Shown in pieces: positions 38,704 to 47,348 of a stretch of DNA of 58,440 nucleotides (the first letter of the stretch is position 1; each line of letters opens with the position of its first letter). Source of the stretch: a virus (Duplodnaviria; Caudoviricetes); the IMG/VR virus record IMGVR_UViG_3300027757_000006, positions 1 through 58,440 of that record; one strand, 5' to 3'. Position numbers and translations under genes: made by a program. Under the pieces are notes generated by a model. It searched no databases, was not told where the DNA came from, and was given only the letters and a program-made list of their open reading frames with translations.

Positions 38704-39425
38704 GGCGCTAAACGAGCTTTGCCCCAGCGATTTTTTGTGTACCAGTCGTGAACTGGTGGGATCCACTCCGCGAAATGCGGAATCATCAACTGGCACATCT
38801 GATGAATTTCTATCTGCGCATCCGCCTTGCCCCGCAGGTCGAGGAAGTGCATAAGAGAGCGCAGGTTGAACGTTACGACAAAATGTTGCCGATAGTCGAA
38901 CGGCAACACGCCCCTCGCGTGCTCCTCCGATATGCCAGCATCAAGAGCTTCCTTGTAACGACGGGCTGAATCCTCGCAGTGCTGCAGATCCTTGGCCCGT
39001 AGTCGCTCGTCGTATGTATATCGCTTGCCCTGCCTGTTGACGTAATCACCAACAGGCCGCAGGTAAAAAGCTTCCTCGACATCGACAACGCCCTCAGCTA
39101 CAGCAGCGATTCGCTGGCCGGTATAGCGCATAGACTGAACGTCCCAGCTGGTGCCCACCCTGTGAGTCCGAGCTTGTTGGATTACCGAGTGAGGGAAATA
39201 GCCAACAGCAAATGTGATACTGGCGTGTTCCAGTGGGCCGTAATGGCCGCGACCTCCCAAAAGCAGGTGCTTTACGATTCGATCACCAGCGTCTGGCTCG
39301 CTCAGTGGTTCGTCATGGAAAACCCAGCCCTCAGAGTAATCCTGGTGCATTGCCTGCCAGCAAAGCGTGGCAGGATCCCTCGTCTGACTCAGAACGCCAA
39401 CCTGAAAGCGCGGGTCAATTTGCAT
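38700..39425 (-). CDS. thyX: FAD-dependent thymidylate synthase ThyX
   Basis: GHYGPLEH, QQARTHR..SWDVQSMRY (RHR-x7-S type), ARGVLP, NLRSLMHFLDLR, AQIEI. Confidence 0.96.
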   Translation of the reverse strand: MQIDPRFQVGVLSQTRDPATLCWQAMHQDYSEGWVFHDEPLSEPDAGDRIVKHLLLGGRGHYGPLEHASITFAVGYFPHSVIQQARTHRVGTSWDVQSMRYTGQRIAAVAEGVVDVEEAFYLRPVGDYVNRQGKRYTYDERLRAKDLQHCEDSARRYKEALDAGISEEHARGVLPFDYRQHFVVTFNLRSLMHFLDLRGKADAQIEIHQMCQLMIPHFAEWIPPVHDWYTKNRWGKARLAP

Positions 39426-39582
39426 CGTTAAGCTCCTGTACTAATTTTTTCAGTTCTTCGTCGTCCATTGAATCTACAGCTGACAGAAATCCAGCCGTAA
39501 CGGCTGTGACAAGACGTTGAGGACTGATTATTGCCAGCAGTGCAAACTGCAAGCGAGTGTAAAGACCAAATTTAATTTTCAT
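39415..39582 (-). CDS. Small hydrophobic hypothetical protein (55 aa, not in ORF track)
   Basis: MKIKFGLYTRLQFALLAIISPQRLV...; fills the gap with coupled overlaps. Confidence 0.55.
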   Translation of the reverse strand: MKIKFGLYTRLQFALLAIISPQRLVTAVTAGFLSAVDSMDDEELKKLVQELNDAN

Positions 39583-39743
39583 TGGTCATGCATCTCCAGT
39601 ACATGTTGAATGCCGCGAATGTAGCCATCCCAGTAACGGTGATCGCCTTGGCGGCGTTGAAGACTTTTTTCATAGTTGTTGTAGCCGTCAATCAAAAGAC
39701 CTTTGACTGACTCAATACTGACTTCGAGTAGCTTTTCATTCAT
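39579..39743 (-). CDS. Hypothetical protein
   Basis: YWDGYIRGIQHVLEM motif; likely start MNEKLL. Confidence 0.6.
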   Translation of the reverse strand: MNEKLLEVSIESVKGLLIDGYNNYEKSLQRRQGDHRYWDGYIRGIQHVLEMHDQ

Positions 39744-40125
39744 TGGATTCTGATCGAGCGATTGTTGAAGCCTCGTTTTGGATCTTTTTGAGTGCCGTAG
39801 GGCCAAGTTCTTCTAAAAGAATGCGAAGGAAATGATCTTGATACAGTTCGTCATAGCTTTTCGGAAGCGGTTTGTTCATCGCTTCAATCTTGGCTGCAAA
39901 TTGCGTCGAGATTCGCAGCTTTTTTTTGGCTCTGTAACACCATTCAGTGTCGGGCGCATAGCCGTGCTTTTCTTCAAAGCTTGAAACCTCTGCCAAAGAG
40001 GCTGTGATCTCATTAATACAGTCAATAAGCTCATGGTAAAGCTTGCGAAGCTCATTGCAGCTCAGATGCGGCAACTCTGTAGAGAGAATTGACCTGTCAA
40101 GTGAATTACTGTTGTAAATTGCCAT
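39736..40125 (-). CDS. Hypothetical protein
   Basis: 129-aa helical ORF within the operon. Confidence 0.65.
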   Translation of the reverse strand: MAIYNSNSLDRSILSTELPHLSCNELRKLYHELIDCINEITASLAEVSSFEEKHGYAPDTEWCYRAKKKLRISTQFAAKIEAMNKPLPKSYDELYQDHFLRILLEELGPTALKKIQNEASTIARSESNE

Positions 40126-40128
40126 TTT

Positions 40129-40154
40129 AAAATAAGGGGCAGAAAAGCTGCCCC
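40129..40154 (-). terminator. Rho-independent terminator
   Basis: On the - strand: GGGGCAG-CTTTT-CTGCCCC-TTATTTT. Confidence 0.75.
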
Positions 40155-40164
40155 AGATAGAGGT

Positions 40165-40533
40165 TTAGAAAAAGTCGTCTACAACGTTCCCGTCAGTGGC
40201 CTTGGCCACAGACTGGGCGGCGTCGTTGACAGCGCCTTCAGCGTTTTTCTCGTATTTGTAGTGAGGCTTAAAGCTGAGGCTAAGGTAAGTTTTACCGCTT
40301 GATGACTGCCTTTTCCATCCGCTAATAGCAAGAGGGATCTCATTGCGCTCACCAATAGGCTTGCCTTGCATGATGTACTCAGCTAGCTGGTAAGCCACAG
40401 TGGCTGGAATGTTGACGACGCCTTCGTACTGGGGGTAAGCCTTCTGGGGGTCGAAACGATCTCCCATCCTTTCTTTAACTTCCTCAATCGGTTGATTGAA
40501 CAAAGCGCCGTTTACTGAAAATGAATCGGTCAT
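40165..40533 (-). CDS. Single-stranded DNA-binding protein-like (DUF736/OB-fold type)
   Basis: LAISGWKRQSSSGKTYLSLS motif and acidic-aromatic DDFF tail. Confidence 0.7.
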   Translation of the reverse strand: MTDSFSVNGALFNQPIEEVKERMGDRFDPQKAYPQYEGVVNIPATVAYQLAEYIMQGKPIGERNEIPLAISGWKRQSSSGKTYLSLSFKPHYKYEKNAEGAVNDAAQSVAKATDGNVVDDFF

Positions 40534-40805
40534 GATTTTGCTTTACAGATGATGTAGCAGCCTTGCTTGGCTGCTTCGGTTTGGACTGAGTATTTGTACT
40601 GATTGGATTCCTTGGTCATACGACCGGTAATCTGAGCGATGGTGCTTGCTTTGTAGCCTTCGTCAAGCTCTTCGCAGTAATAAAGGACGAAAAGACTGGT
40701 CTCAGGTGTTAAAGCTGCAATTTTCTCCCGCAATGGGGTGGTTTTACTGTGTCGGCTTGTGCGTGCTGGAATGTCAGCAGCACTGAGAACTTTAATAGAA
40801 GACAT
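40530..40805 (-). CDS. Hypothetical protein
   Basis: ORF coupled to the SSB-like gene. Confidence 0.6.
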   Translation of the reverse strand: MSSIKVLSAADIPARTSRHSKTTPLREKIAALTPETSLFVLYYCEELDEGYKASTIAQITGRMTKESNQYKYSVQTEAAKQGCYIICKAKS

Positions 40806-40831
40806 AAAGGTCTTGGCTTGCGAAAAACACT

Positions 40832-41389
40832 TTAACTCAAGCTTGCGATTTTAGCAATAAGCTGACTGCATTCTTCCTCTGAAAGGTCGTTGGACGCTCT
40901 GAGTTCAAGAATGCGCTGACGGATCGAATCAAGCTGTGACGGGTCAGCCTCCTCGATCTTTTTCATTGCAGGCTTGAACACACCTGTAGGGTGCAGCTTT
41001 TGCACAATCTTGCGGCGCTTGGGCGGTACCCAGGCACAGCTGATCTCGTCGTCAATCTCAGGGCTTCCATAGACGCGAATGCAAGGTTCGTCCTTGCGAA
41101 GCGGGTGAGGCATGACCTGATTGGTCGCGTAAAAAGTGACGCGCTTCCCAGGCCACAACGCCACATCGTTACCCAAAAGCTTGATCAATGGAATCGCATT
41201 GATTTTGGCCAAGGTCAGCTCAGAGTTGATCTCCTGAAACGACATGATCGTCTGAATCTTTGGCTTCTGATCATCAAAAGCAACCTCAGCCTTACGAACG
41301 CTTTTGACTGTCAAGGTCAGGCGGCCAGAAGCTGGGAACATGAATGCCTTTAGCCAAGGCTCGTTCATCAGATCACCGACAAATTCCAT
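40832..41389 (-). CDS. RecE-partner protein, possible single-strand annealing factor
   Basis: TLTVKSV..LTLAKIN..LG.D...W.GKRVTFY motif; directly after the RecE-like gene. Confidence 0.55.
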   Translation of the reverse strand: MEFVGDLMNEPWLKAFMFPASGRLTLTVKSVRKAEVAFDDQKPKIQTIMSFQEINSELTLAKINAIPLIKLLGNDVALWPGKRVTFYATNQVMPHPLRKDEPCIRVYGSPEIDDEISCAWVPPKRRKIVQKLHPTGVFKPAMKKIEEADPSQLDSIRQRILELRASNDLSEEECSQLIAKIASLS

Positions 41390-42219
41390 CAGACTCCCTC
41401 CAGCAGGTCAGCAACATCAGTGTCGTTGGCTGGATCGTCAACTTGATACCAGCGCGGAGCTTCCATCGTATTAATGCCCCAGGATGGCCACTCGTTAGTG
41501 CCACGACAAGCTTTGATGCCTTCAATTGCGTCATTACGACGCTGACGGCCAACTTCCAGCAGTTCGTCACTGATGACGTTCACCGAATAGTTGAACGGAT
41601 AAGCCCATTCGTAAGCGAGCAGAACGATCTGCTTTGGGTAAGCACCGTGGCGGTCTCGGAAACCCTCAGCGTAGTGAGCGACTTGGATGTCATAGCCCAA
41701 TGCAAATGACTGCCTCGCAAAATCGCGTGGGTTCGCACTTCGAGCTTTTTTGAGATCCACAAGCAAACCGTCTTCTGGTTGCTCCAGATCAGGTAGGTAG
41801 CGGCACTCGACATCGTTCTCTGCGTCGTGCCAGAAATGAGGCACCTGCCCTGAACCCTGCAGGAACTCAGAAGCGATTGGATCGTTTTTGAGCTTGCTGA
41901 CTATTAGCTGTGCAATGTGGTGCCACTCCTCAGTGATCAGATCTGCGCACTTGGAGCGGGCAAGTTCTTGAGCCTCGGCCCAGATTTCTTTGCCTGCTTT
42001 TGTGCGACGGTCTGCTCTTGGGGCAACGACGTATTTACGGCTGAATTTTTCAGGCTCAGTAATCAAGCAGTCAACCAAGCTGCCCTGACGCATTGCATCA
42101 GACGGCACCATTGGCATACGGTCTAGATCTTCGTAGGCAGCCCAGTAATCAACTGCTGTGCCGCAAGCAAATTTCTTGAGCTTGCTGGCTGATAAGGCTG
42201 GGTGATCGTGGTAATTCAT
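41389..42219 (-). CDS. RecE/ExoVIII-like PD-(D/E)XK exonuclease (DUF3799)
   Basis: YHDHPALSASKLK, DRRTKAGK, CRYLPD..VDLK and GYDIQVAHY motifs. Confidence 0.9.
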   Translation of the reverse strand: MNYHDHPALSASKLKKFACGTAVDYWAAYEDLDRMPMVPSDAMRQGSLVDCLITEPEKFSRKYVVAPRADRRTKAGKEIWAEAQELARSKCADLITEEWHHIAQLIVSKLKNDPIASEFLQGSGQVPHFWHDAENDVECRYLPDLEQPEDGLLVDLKKARSANPRDFARQSFALGYDIQVAHYAEGFRDRHGAYPKQIVLLAYEWAYPFNYSVNVISDELLEVGRQRRNDAIEGIKACRGTNEWPSWGINTMEAPRWYQVDDPANDTDVADLLEGV

Positions 42220-42410
42220 TGGTTTGGTAATTCAAGTTCCATTTCAATCCAGTAATGGCGCATTTCGCCATCACCAACCAGTAGCCGTGCATCTTCGATT
42301 AGATCTTCATCAGTGCCGCCGGGATAGCCGATCACGCACCAAGTGCCATCTTCAGCGGAAGCAGCTAAGGCTCGCACCTTGACTGCTACAGGCACAGCTT
42401 CGCTTGTCAT
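42216..42410 (-). CDS. Hypothetical protein
   Basis: ATGA-coupled ORF. Confidence 0.6.
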   Translation of the reverse strand: MTSEAVPVAVKVRALAASAEDGTWCVIGYPGGTDEDLIEDARLLVGDGEMRHYWIEMELELPNQ

Positions 42411-42457
42411 TCAAAAACGCAACGATGTTTGCAAGACAAACAGTACCACTGTTTCGA

Positions 42458-43141
42458 CTACTCGGCAATGGAGACGGAGAAGTCCAGTGCAGCGGCTTCA
42501 TGTTCTGTCATCTTCTTCGCCCACATCTTTGGTACCAGATTATTCCAGGTGAAACCCGCGTCTTTGCAGTGCTGACGCTGCTCGTAGCCAAGATTACTGA
42601 CGTAGATATGCCTTGGCAGCAGGGCATTCTCAATCAGCTGCTCAAGTTGCGGCTCCCGCTTCATCACCTCGGCCAGGTAGATGCAGTCGGTCAGAGCGCG
42701 GTGGGCTTGCCAGACCGGAACGCCATAGTCGACGCATAACGACACCACAGAGCTGCGGCCCCGCTTGCTGTTCAGTGGCCACTGAATATCGTCCATTGAG
42801 CAGATCCACTGCAATGCCATCGAAGGTAAGCAGCCGGAACCTCCAAACCATTGCCGATCAAAGGCCGAATTGTGAGCCACTGCATAATCCGCCTCCGCTA
42901 CCATCGCCCAAAACGATGCGGCCATTGGGCTCGTTAGGTCAGGTGCCCGCATAGTCAGCTCAGGCTGAATGCGATTTACAAACTCGGCCTCGTTTGTCAA
43001 CGACGGCAGTAAAAACGAAATCTGGCAAATTACTGATCGCAGCTCAACGTCAAACAGAACAGCTCCCAGTTCGATCACGGTGCTGTCGACTGGACTCAAG
43101 CCAGTTGTTTCCGTGTCGATGATCAAAAGTTTCATGCTCAT
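42458..43141 (-). CDS. DEDDh 3'-5' exonuclease (DnaQ-like)
   Basis: IDTETTGL, VAHNSAFD and AHRALTDC motifs. Confidence 0.93.
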   Translation of the reverse strand: MSMKLLIIDTETTGLSPVDSTVIELGAVLFDVELRSVICQISFLLPSLTNEAEFVNRIQPELTMRAPDLTSPMAASFWAMVAEADYAVAHNSAFDRQWFGGSGCLPSMALQWICSMDDIQWPLNSKRGRSSVVSLCVDYGVPVWQAHRALTDCIYLAEVMKREPQLEQLIENALLPRHIYVSNLGYEQRQHCKDAGFTWNNLVPKMWAKKMTEHEAAALDFSVSIAE

Positions 43142-43215
43142 GAGGATTCAATCTCCAGTGATAAATTTCAAGTAATCGTTTGTCTGATTCTGCAATCAGA
43201 CGCTTGGCCTCAGCA

Positions 43216-43428
43216 TTAGTCATCAACTATGCACAGGGAATACAAGGTCTTGGACCTGCCTTTGAGCTTCTTCAACGCCCCGTGATAGCTCATTGCATCA
43301 ATAATTTCGACGTGCTCCCATCCGCTTTTTTCGCGAAAGGTTGCTTCAAATCGCCTCATCTTGGAAGCCTCTACCCTTCCAGGAGATTCTTCGATACCAG
43401 CATCACGCATCATTTTGCTCCAATCCAT
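43216..43428 (-). CDS. Hypothetical protein
   Basis: MDWSKMMRDAGIEESPGR N-terminus; start uncertain. Confidence 0.55.
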   Translation of the reverse strand: MDWSKMMRDAGIEESPGRVEASKMRRFEATFREKSGWEHVEIIDAMSYHGALKKLKGRSKTLYSLCIVDD

Positions 43429-43654
43429 GCGCATCAAGTGTCGAAAACACTGCATCAATCATCTTCGAGCTTGCATGATAATGACCGCCACGACACTTGG
43501 CCAAATTGCGATCAATGACAAACTCAGAAGTGAAATACAAATAGTTGCACGATCTGCATTTGATTTGACGGGTAACAGTGCCGCGATGAGATTGCCGGGT
43601 CGAAAGAACCTTTTTAGTTCCCCTCCCGGAAGCGCCGCAATTTGGGCAGATCAA
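43403..43654 (-). CDS. NrdR-like zinc-ribbon protein
   Basis: MICPNCG..KVLSTR..RQIKCRSC..FTSE; no ATP-cone domain. Confidence 0.75.
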   Translation of the reverse strand: MICPNCGASGRGTKKVLSTRQSHRGTVTRQIKCRSCNYLYFTSEFVIDRNLAKCRGGHYHASSKMIDAVFSTLDAHGLEQNDA

Positions 43655-43827
43655 AAGCTGCGCTCCTGAAATTTGACAACTGATTCAGGAACCAATAGCC
43701 GGTAGCTCTGGCGGTTGCGATGGATCTTGGATGCCTTGTGAATCGCTTGCTCCTCAGACCGAGCTAATACCTCGACGTACTGCCGGTCCTGGCCTGGAGA
43801 CTCACAGGCCACGCAGAAATAAAGCAT
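43651..43827 (-). CDS. Hypothetical protein
   Basis: AGGAG SD and TGATG start; VEVLARSEEQA motif. Confidence 0.6.
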   Translation of the reverse strand: MLYFCVACESPGQDRQYVEVLARSEEQAIHKASKIHRNRQSYRLLVPESVVKFQERSF

Positions 43828-44544
43828 CAGTTGTTCTCCTGTGTGGTGATGACGGGGGCTTCCTTGATCAGCTTCAGCAGCGTGTCTCTCTGTCTGCGAC
43901 GAGAGGTGCAAAGGGACATAGCAATCCAGTCAGCGGCAAGTGCAGCTTTTTTAGCGGACCAGTCAGCGCCGCGTGCAGTATTTCCAGTGGCATGCGAGGC
44001 GGCGAATGCAGCACAGCTAGCAGCGCGGACAGCGGTGTATTCAGTGGCACTTTCAGCATCCCAGCGACAGCCGCGTGCTGCGAGATCAACAAACGAGTCA
44101 ACGGCATATAGAGCATCAGACCTTCCCTCATGAGCAGACCATTCCTTACCCTCCGCCAGCAAGTCCATCCCTGCAATCACAGGGGCGACAACAGCCTGAG
44201 TTTTAGCGGAAACAAGAAGCAGTTCCCGTAACTCGACAGCGAGGAATTGCCATACGACTCGGCTCAGGTCTTTTCCGTCGCACCCAACAGCTTCGGGAGA
44301 CGCAGCAAAGAAACTGGGCGCGTCGCCCGGAGGCAGCTCCTCGAAGATATTTTTTGCGATACAGCTAATTGCTAACGGGATACCGTACTCCCGCTCGATG
44401 ACCTCATGATTGACTTTCCCACCGGTAAGACAACATATAAAGCCGCTTTTGTAATTACCTTGAAACACGCAATTGGCCTCAACGAGCAACTTGACTCCTC
44501 TTTGTAGATCCTTGAAATTTTTGGTAAGCATCAGTTGTTCTCCT
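43822..44544. repeat. 19-bp direct repeat AAGCATCAGTTGTTCTCCT at 43822-43840 and 44526-44544
   Basis: Exact match read directly; on the - strand it is SD plus TGATG junction. Confidence 0.85.
43827..44531 (-). CDS. Hypothetical Ala-rich protein
   Basis: 234-aa ORF with AGGAG SD, bounded by 19-bp direct repeats. Confidence 0.75.
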   Translation of the reverse strand: MLTKNFKDLQRGVKLLVEANCVFQGNYKSGFICCLTGGKVNHEVIEREYGIPLAISCIAKNIFEELPPGDAPSFFAASPEAVGCDGKDLSRVVWQFLAVELRELLLVSAKTQAVVAPVIAGMDLLAEGKEWSAHEGRSDALYAVDSFVDLAARGCRWDAESATEYTAVRAASCAAFAASHATGNTARGADWSAKKAALAADWIAMSLCTSRRRQRDTLLKLIKEAPVITTQENN

Positions 44545-44599
44545 CAGTTGACGGGCTCAAGGGCTCGCTCAAGTGTTATTTCTTTGGTCATTGTTGTAA

Positions 44600-44701
44600 T
44601 CAATCCTCTGATTTCGATTCTTTTGCCTTGGCTTTTTGCTTTGCGATTCGCATAGCCTTGGCGTACTGGGCTTTTAAATATTGAATGAATGCGGGTGTCA
44701 T
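44600..44701 (-). CDS. Microprotein copy 1 (33 aa, MTPAFIQYLKAQYAKAMRIAKQ...)
   Basis: First 18 aa identical to 44987-45058 with only synonymous changes; ATGA-coupled start. Confidence 0.75.
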   Translation of the reverse strand: MTPAFIQYLKAQYAKAMRIAKQKAKAKESKSED

Positions 44702-44808
44702 AAAAGGTTAGAGGCTATAAGGCCAATACAAAAGCCAGAAAAAAGCGCAAGGGCAATTGTATCGTTTTCAAGTTTCTTTAGTAGTGCTTTCTTTCCTTTG
44801 ATGGTCAT
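44698..44808 (-). CDS. Small membrane protein (36 aa)
   Basis: AGGAG SD, basic N-terminus and C-terminal hydrophobic helix. Confidence 0.6.
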   Translation of the reverse strand: MTIKGKKALLKKLENDTIALALFSGFCIGLIASNLL

Positions 44809-44822
44809 GAGTCGCACTCCTA

Positions 44823-44987
44823 TTATTTGTTTGTGAAGGTTTTCATTGCTCCACACTTTGTGCAGCGCAATGTAAACTTTTCGCAAGTTCCGCTACTGAA
44901 ATCACCGCTATACTTGTACTCTGCCGCACGGATGATTCCCCAGTGGTGAAAGCATCCAGACCAAAGGAATCGAAGTAGTCTAATCAT
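44823..44987 (-). CDS. Small Zn-ribbon-like protein (54 aa, not in ORF track)
   Basis: GCFHHW...RCTKCG; TAATG-coupled start. Confidence 0.65.
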   Translation of the reverse strand: MIRLLRFLWSGCFHHWGIIRAAEYKYSGDFSSGTCEKFTLRCTKCGAMKTFTNK

Positions 44988-45058
44988 TAGTTGTACTCAT
45001 GTGGGCGCATTGCTTTGGCATATTGCGCCTTTAGGTATTGAATGAAAGCGGGGGTCAT
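44987..45058 (-). CDS. Microprotein copy 2 (23 aa, MTPAFIQYLKAQYAKAMRPHEYN)
   Basis: Synonymous-only divergence from copy 1. Confidence 0.7.
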   Translation of the reverse strand: MTPAFIQYLKAQYAKAMRPHEYN

Positions 45059-45077
45059 GAAAGGCTTGCGACTGGGG

Positions 45078-45425
45078 TTAGTTTAACAGTATAGATTTCG
45101 CTTCGTCAACTGATCTGGCTACTCCTGCGATTCCGCCTGCGTTTCTGATGTGTTCAATAAATGCCTTTTGCTGTTCAGTGGCCCGCCCATTGGCAGTCTT
45201 GACCTCCACGGCTGCAAATACGGCGATTTCAGTACCCACCATGTCTGGGGTGATTTTTACTTTCCTGTAGCCAATCAGATCTGAACCGCCAGGGCTCCCC
45301 ACGCCAAATTGCACATACCTGCCAGTCCTTGGATCCGGCAAGCTCCCGCTATTGTTTCTCCACAGCCTTACAGGGCCGCGACTGCACGCCAGTCTGATCT
45401 CTTGCTGGATTTTGCTTTCGCTCAA
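45078..45425 (-). CDS. VRR-NUC domain nuclease
   Basis: SESKIQ, GGSDLIG, AVEVK..GR....Q..F and GVARSVDEA motifs. Confidence 0.92.
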   Translation of the reverse strand: MSESKIQQEIRLACSRGPVRLWRNNSGSLPDPRTGRYVQFGVGSPGGSDLIGYRKVKITPDMVGTEIAVFAAVEVKTANGRATEQQKAFIEHIRNAGGIAGVARSVDEAKSILLN

Positions 45426-45426
45426 A

Positions 45427-46821
45427 TCAGAAATGCCGCGATGCCATTATTTTCTTCGCCCATGGTACTGGGTATTTGTAACCTCGACTTTTGCCTAGCT
45501 CAATCAGCTGATCCAACGTTTTGGCTCTGCCCTGCTCCGCACGTTTAGCAATATGGGCTTTCTGTTTTTGCAATCTCTCCAATGCAGCCGCCTGTCTTGA
45601 ATCAATCTCTCCTAGCTCACCATCAACCTCGGCTGGGCCGCCACGATTCGGGGCCGGATAACGATACCCGCATTCAGGGCAAACCGGCGCTGGAACATGA
45701 GCACAGAAACAAGCAGGACACTGCCTGACGGGAGGTGCCTGTTCACCGCGCCTCTTCCGTCCCTCCAGGCTCCATTGCCGTTCCATGTCCGGGGGACCGT
45801 GCTCGAAAATCGAACCGGCATGATCTAAAACCGTCAGATGCTGCTTGCCACTGTCCGGCGACGTTCGCAGCCCACGACCTATTGCTTGCAAGTAGAAAGT
45901 CAAACTCTTAGTTGGCCTTAGCAAAATAATGCACTCGATCTGGGGTACATCAACACCAGCCACCCACAGCTGGGCATTGCATACAACCTGCAAACTGCCG
46001 TCCCTAAGACCAGTCAAGGCCGCGACTCTCTCTGATCGTTTGCTCTTGCCTGAAATTGCCACTGCCTTGTAACCCTGAGCCTGGAACTCAGCAGCAACAT
46101 GGTCGGCATGGCTAATCGACGTGCAAAATGCCACCGCTCTTTTGCCATTGCAATGCTTCTGGTAATGCTTAATGACATCACCCGTGATGGTCGAACGGTC
46201 CATCTCACCATCTATGTCCGACTGCCTGTAGTCACCGGCTTGCATCCTTAGCCCGGTCAGGTCTGGTCGATGCGGCGCAAAGTATTTGATCGGGGCCAAT
46301 AGCCCCTCTTGGATTAATGCGTTAGTGCTGCATGTTGGCACGATCTCATCAAAAATTTCACCCAATCCCTTACCGTCCAGCCTGCATGGAGTGCCGGTCA
46401 GCCCCAGCAGCGGTGGGTTGCCAATCTTGCCCATCACCTTGAGGTAAGTCGTCGCCACGGCTAAATGGCACTCATCCACAATCACAAGGTCAGGTGGCGG
46501 GAACCCATCACGCCTCGCAGCAGTTTGAACGCTCACGACCTGAACCCGGCGGTGATACTCCATTGGCTTGCCAGCAGCAATCTCGCCAAAAGGAATCTTC
46601 ACCGAACGCAGCCGGTTGGCCGTGTCATCCAAAATCTCCCTCAGATGAGCAAGAAACCAAACAGTCTTGCCCTTCTCAAGGGCGCTGCGGATTATCTCAG
46701 CACTGGTATGGGTCTTGCCAAACCCAGTGGCAGCACACAGAATCGGTGACCGATACCCAGACCGGTACGCAACCCTGATGTCATTAATCGCCTGGACTTG
46801 GCGGGGGCGGAGGGAGGTCAC
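45427..46821 (-). CDS. Superfamily 2 (DEAD/DEAH-box) helicase with Zn ribbon
   Basis: ATGFGKT, DECH, TGTP and QAIGRGLR motifs; CPAC/CPEC. Confidence 0.95.
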   Translation of the reverse strand: MTSLRPRQVQAINDIRVAYRSGYRSPILCAATGFGKTHTSAEIIRSALEKGKTVWFLAHLREILDDTANRLRSVKIPFGEIAAGKPMEYHRRVQVVSVQTAARRDGFPPPDLVIVDECHLAVATTYLKVMGKIGNPPLLGLTGTPCRLDGKGLGEIFDEIVPTCSTNALIQEGLLAPIKYFAPHRPDLTGLRMQAGDYRQSDIDGEMDRSTITGDVIKHYQKHCNGKRAVAFCTSISHADHVAAEFQAQGYKAVAISGKSKRSERVAALTGLRDGSLQVVCNAQLWVAGVDVPQIECIILLRPTKSLTFYLQAIGRGLRTSPDSGKQHLTVLDHAGSIFEHGPPDMERQWSLEGRKRRGEQAPPVRQCPACFCAHVPAPVCPECGYRYPAPNRGGPAEVDGELGEIDSRQAAALERLQKQKAHIAKRAEQGRAKTLDQLIELGKSRGYKYPVPWAKKIMASRHF

Positions 46822-47348
46822 TGGTTGTAAAACTCACCGTGATGTTCTTTGCAGAATCGTTGATAAGCTTCTGATGCTTCTTCTGCAGTGCGAAAAGATC
46901 CGAGATAAAATGGAGTCCCATTAATCTTAGCCGTAGCAAAGTAAGGTTTATTGCGATGAGAATGCGTTTTATTTTTAAACACACCCTTATAGCCAGTAGT
47001 GTTACTTTTAGACACTCCTCGATTGTATTGATTCTGAGCATTAGTCGCAACACGCAAGTTGCAGATTCTATTGTCTAAACCGTTATGGTTTTTGTGATCA
47101 ATGTTCTTTTCGCCAGGGTCTTCTTTGTAGTAAAGAAGCCAAGCAATTCTGTGCGCTGGGTGTCTAGCCTTGTTCACAGCTATTCGTCGATAAAAAGTTT
47201 TATGGTCTTTCTCTATTGACCCAGCTTCTGCCCCTGCTATTACATTTCTGCAAGGTTTAATTTTCCAATAGATCTTTCCAGTCTCGGGTTCGTAGCGGAA
47301 AAACTTGTCAACCTCCTCGAACGGAGGCAGTGGACGAGATTTAGTCAT
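46818..47348 (-). CDS. HNH-AP2 homing endonuclease
   Basis: AHRIAW..IDHKNHNGLDNRICNLR HNH motif plus AP2 (TGYKGV..YLGSF.TAEEA); ATG 47348 is ATGA-coupled. Confidence 0.9.
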   Translation of the reverse strand: MTKSRPLPPFEEVDKFFRYEPETGKIYWKIKPCRNVIAGAEAGSIEKDHKTFYRRIAVNKARHPAHRIAWLLYYKEDPGEKNIDHKNHNGLDNRICNLRVATNAQNQYNRGVSKSNTTGYKGVFKNKTHSHRNKPYFATAKINGTPFYLGSFRTAEEASEAYQRFCKEHHGEFYNQ

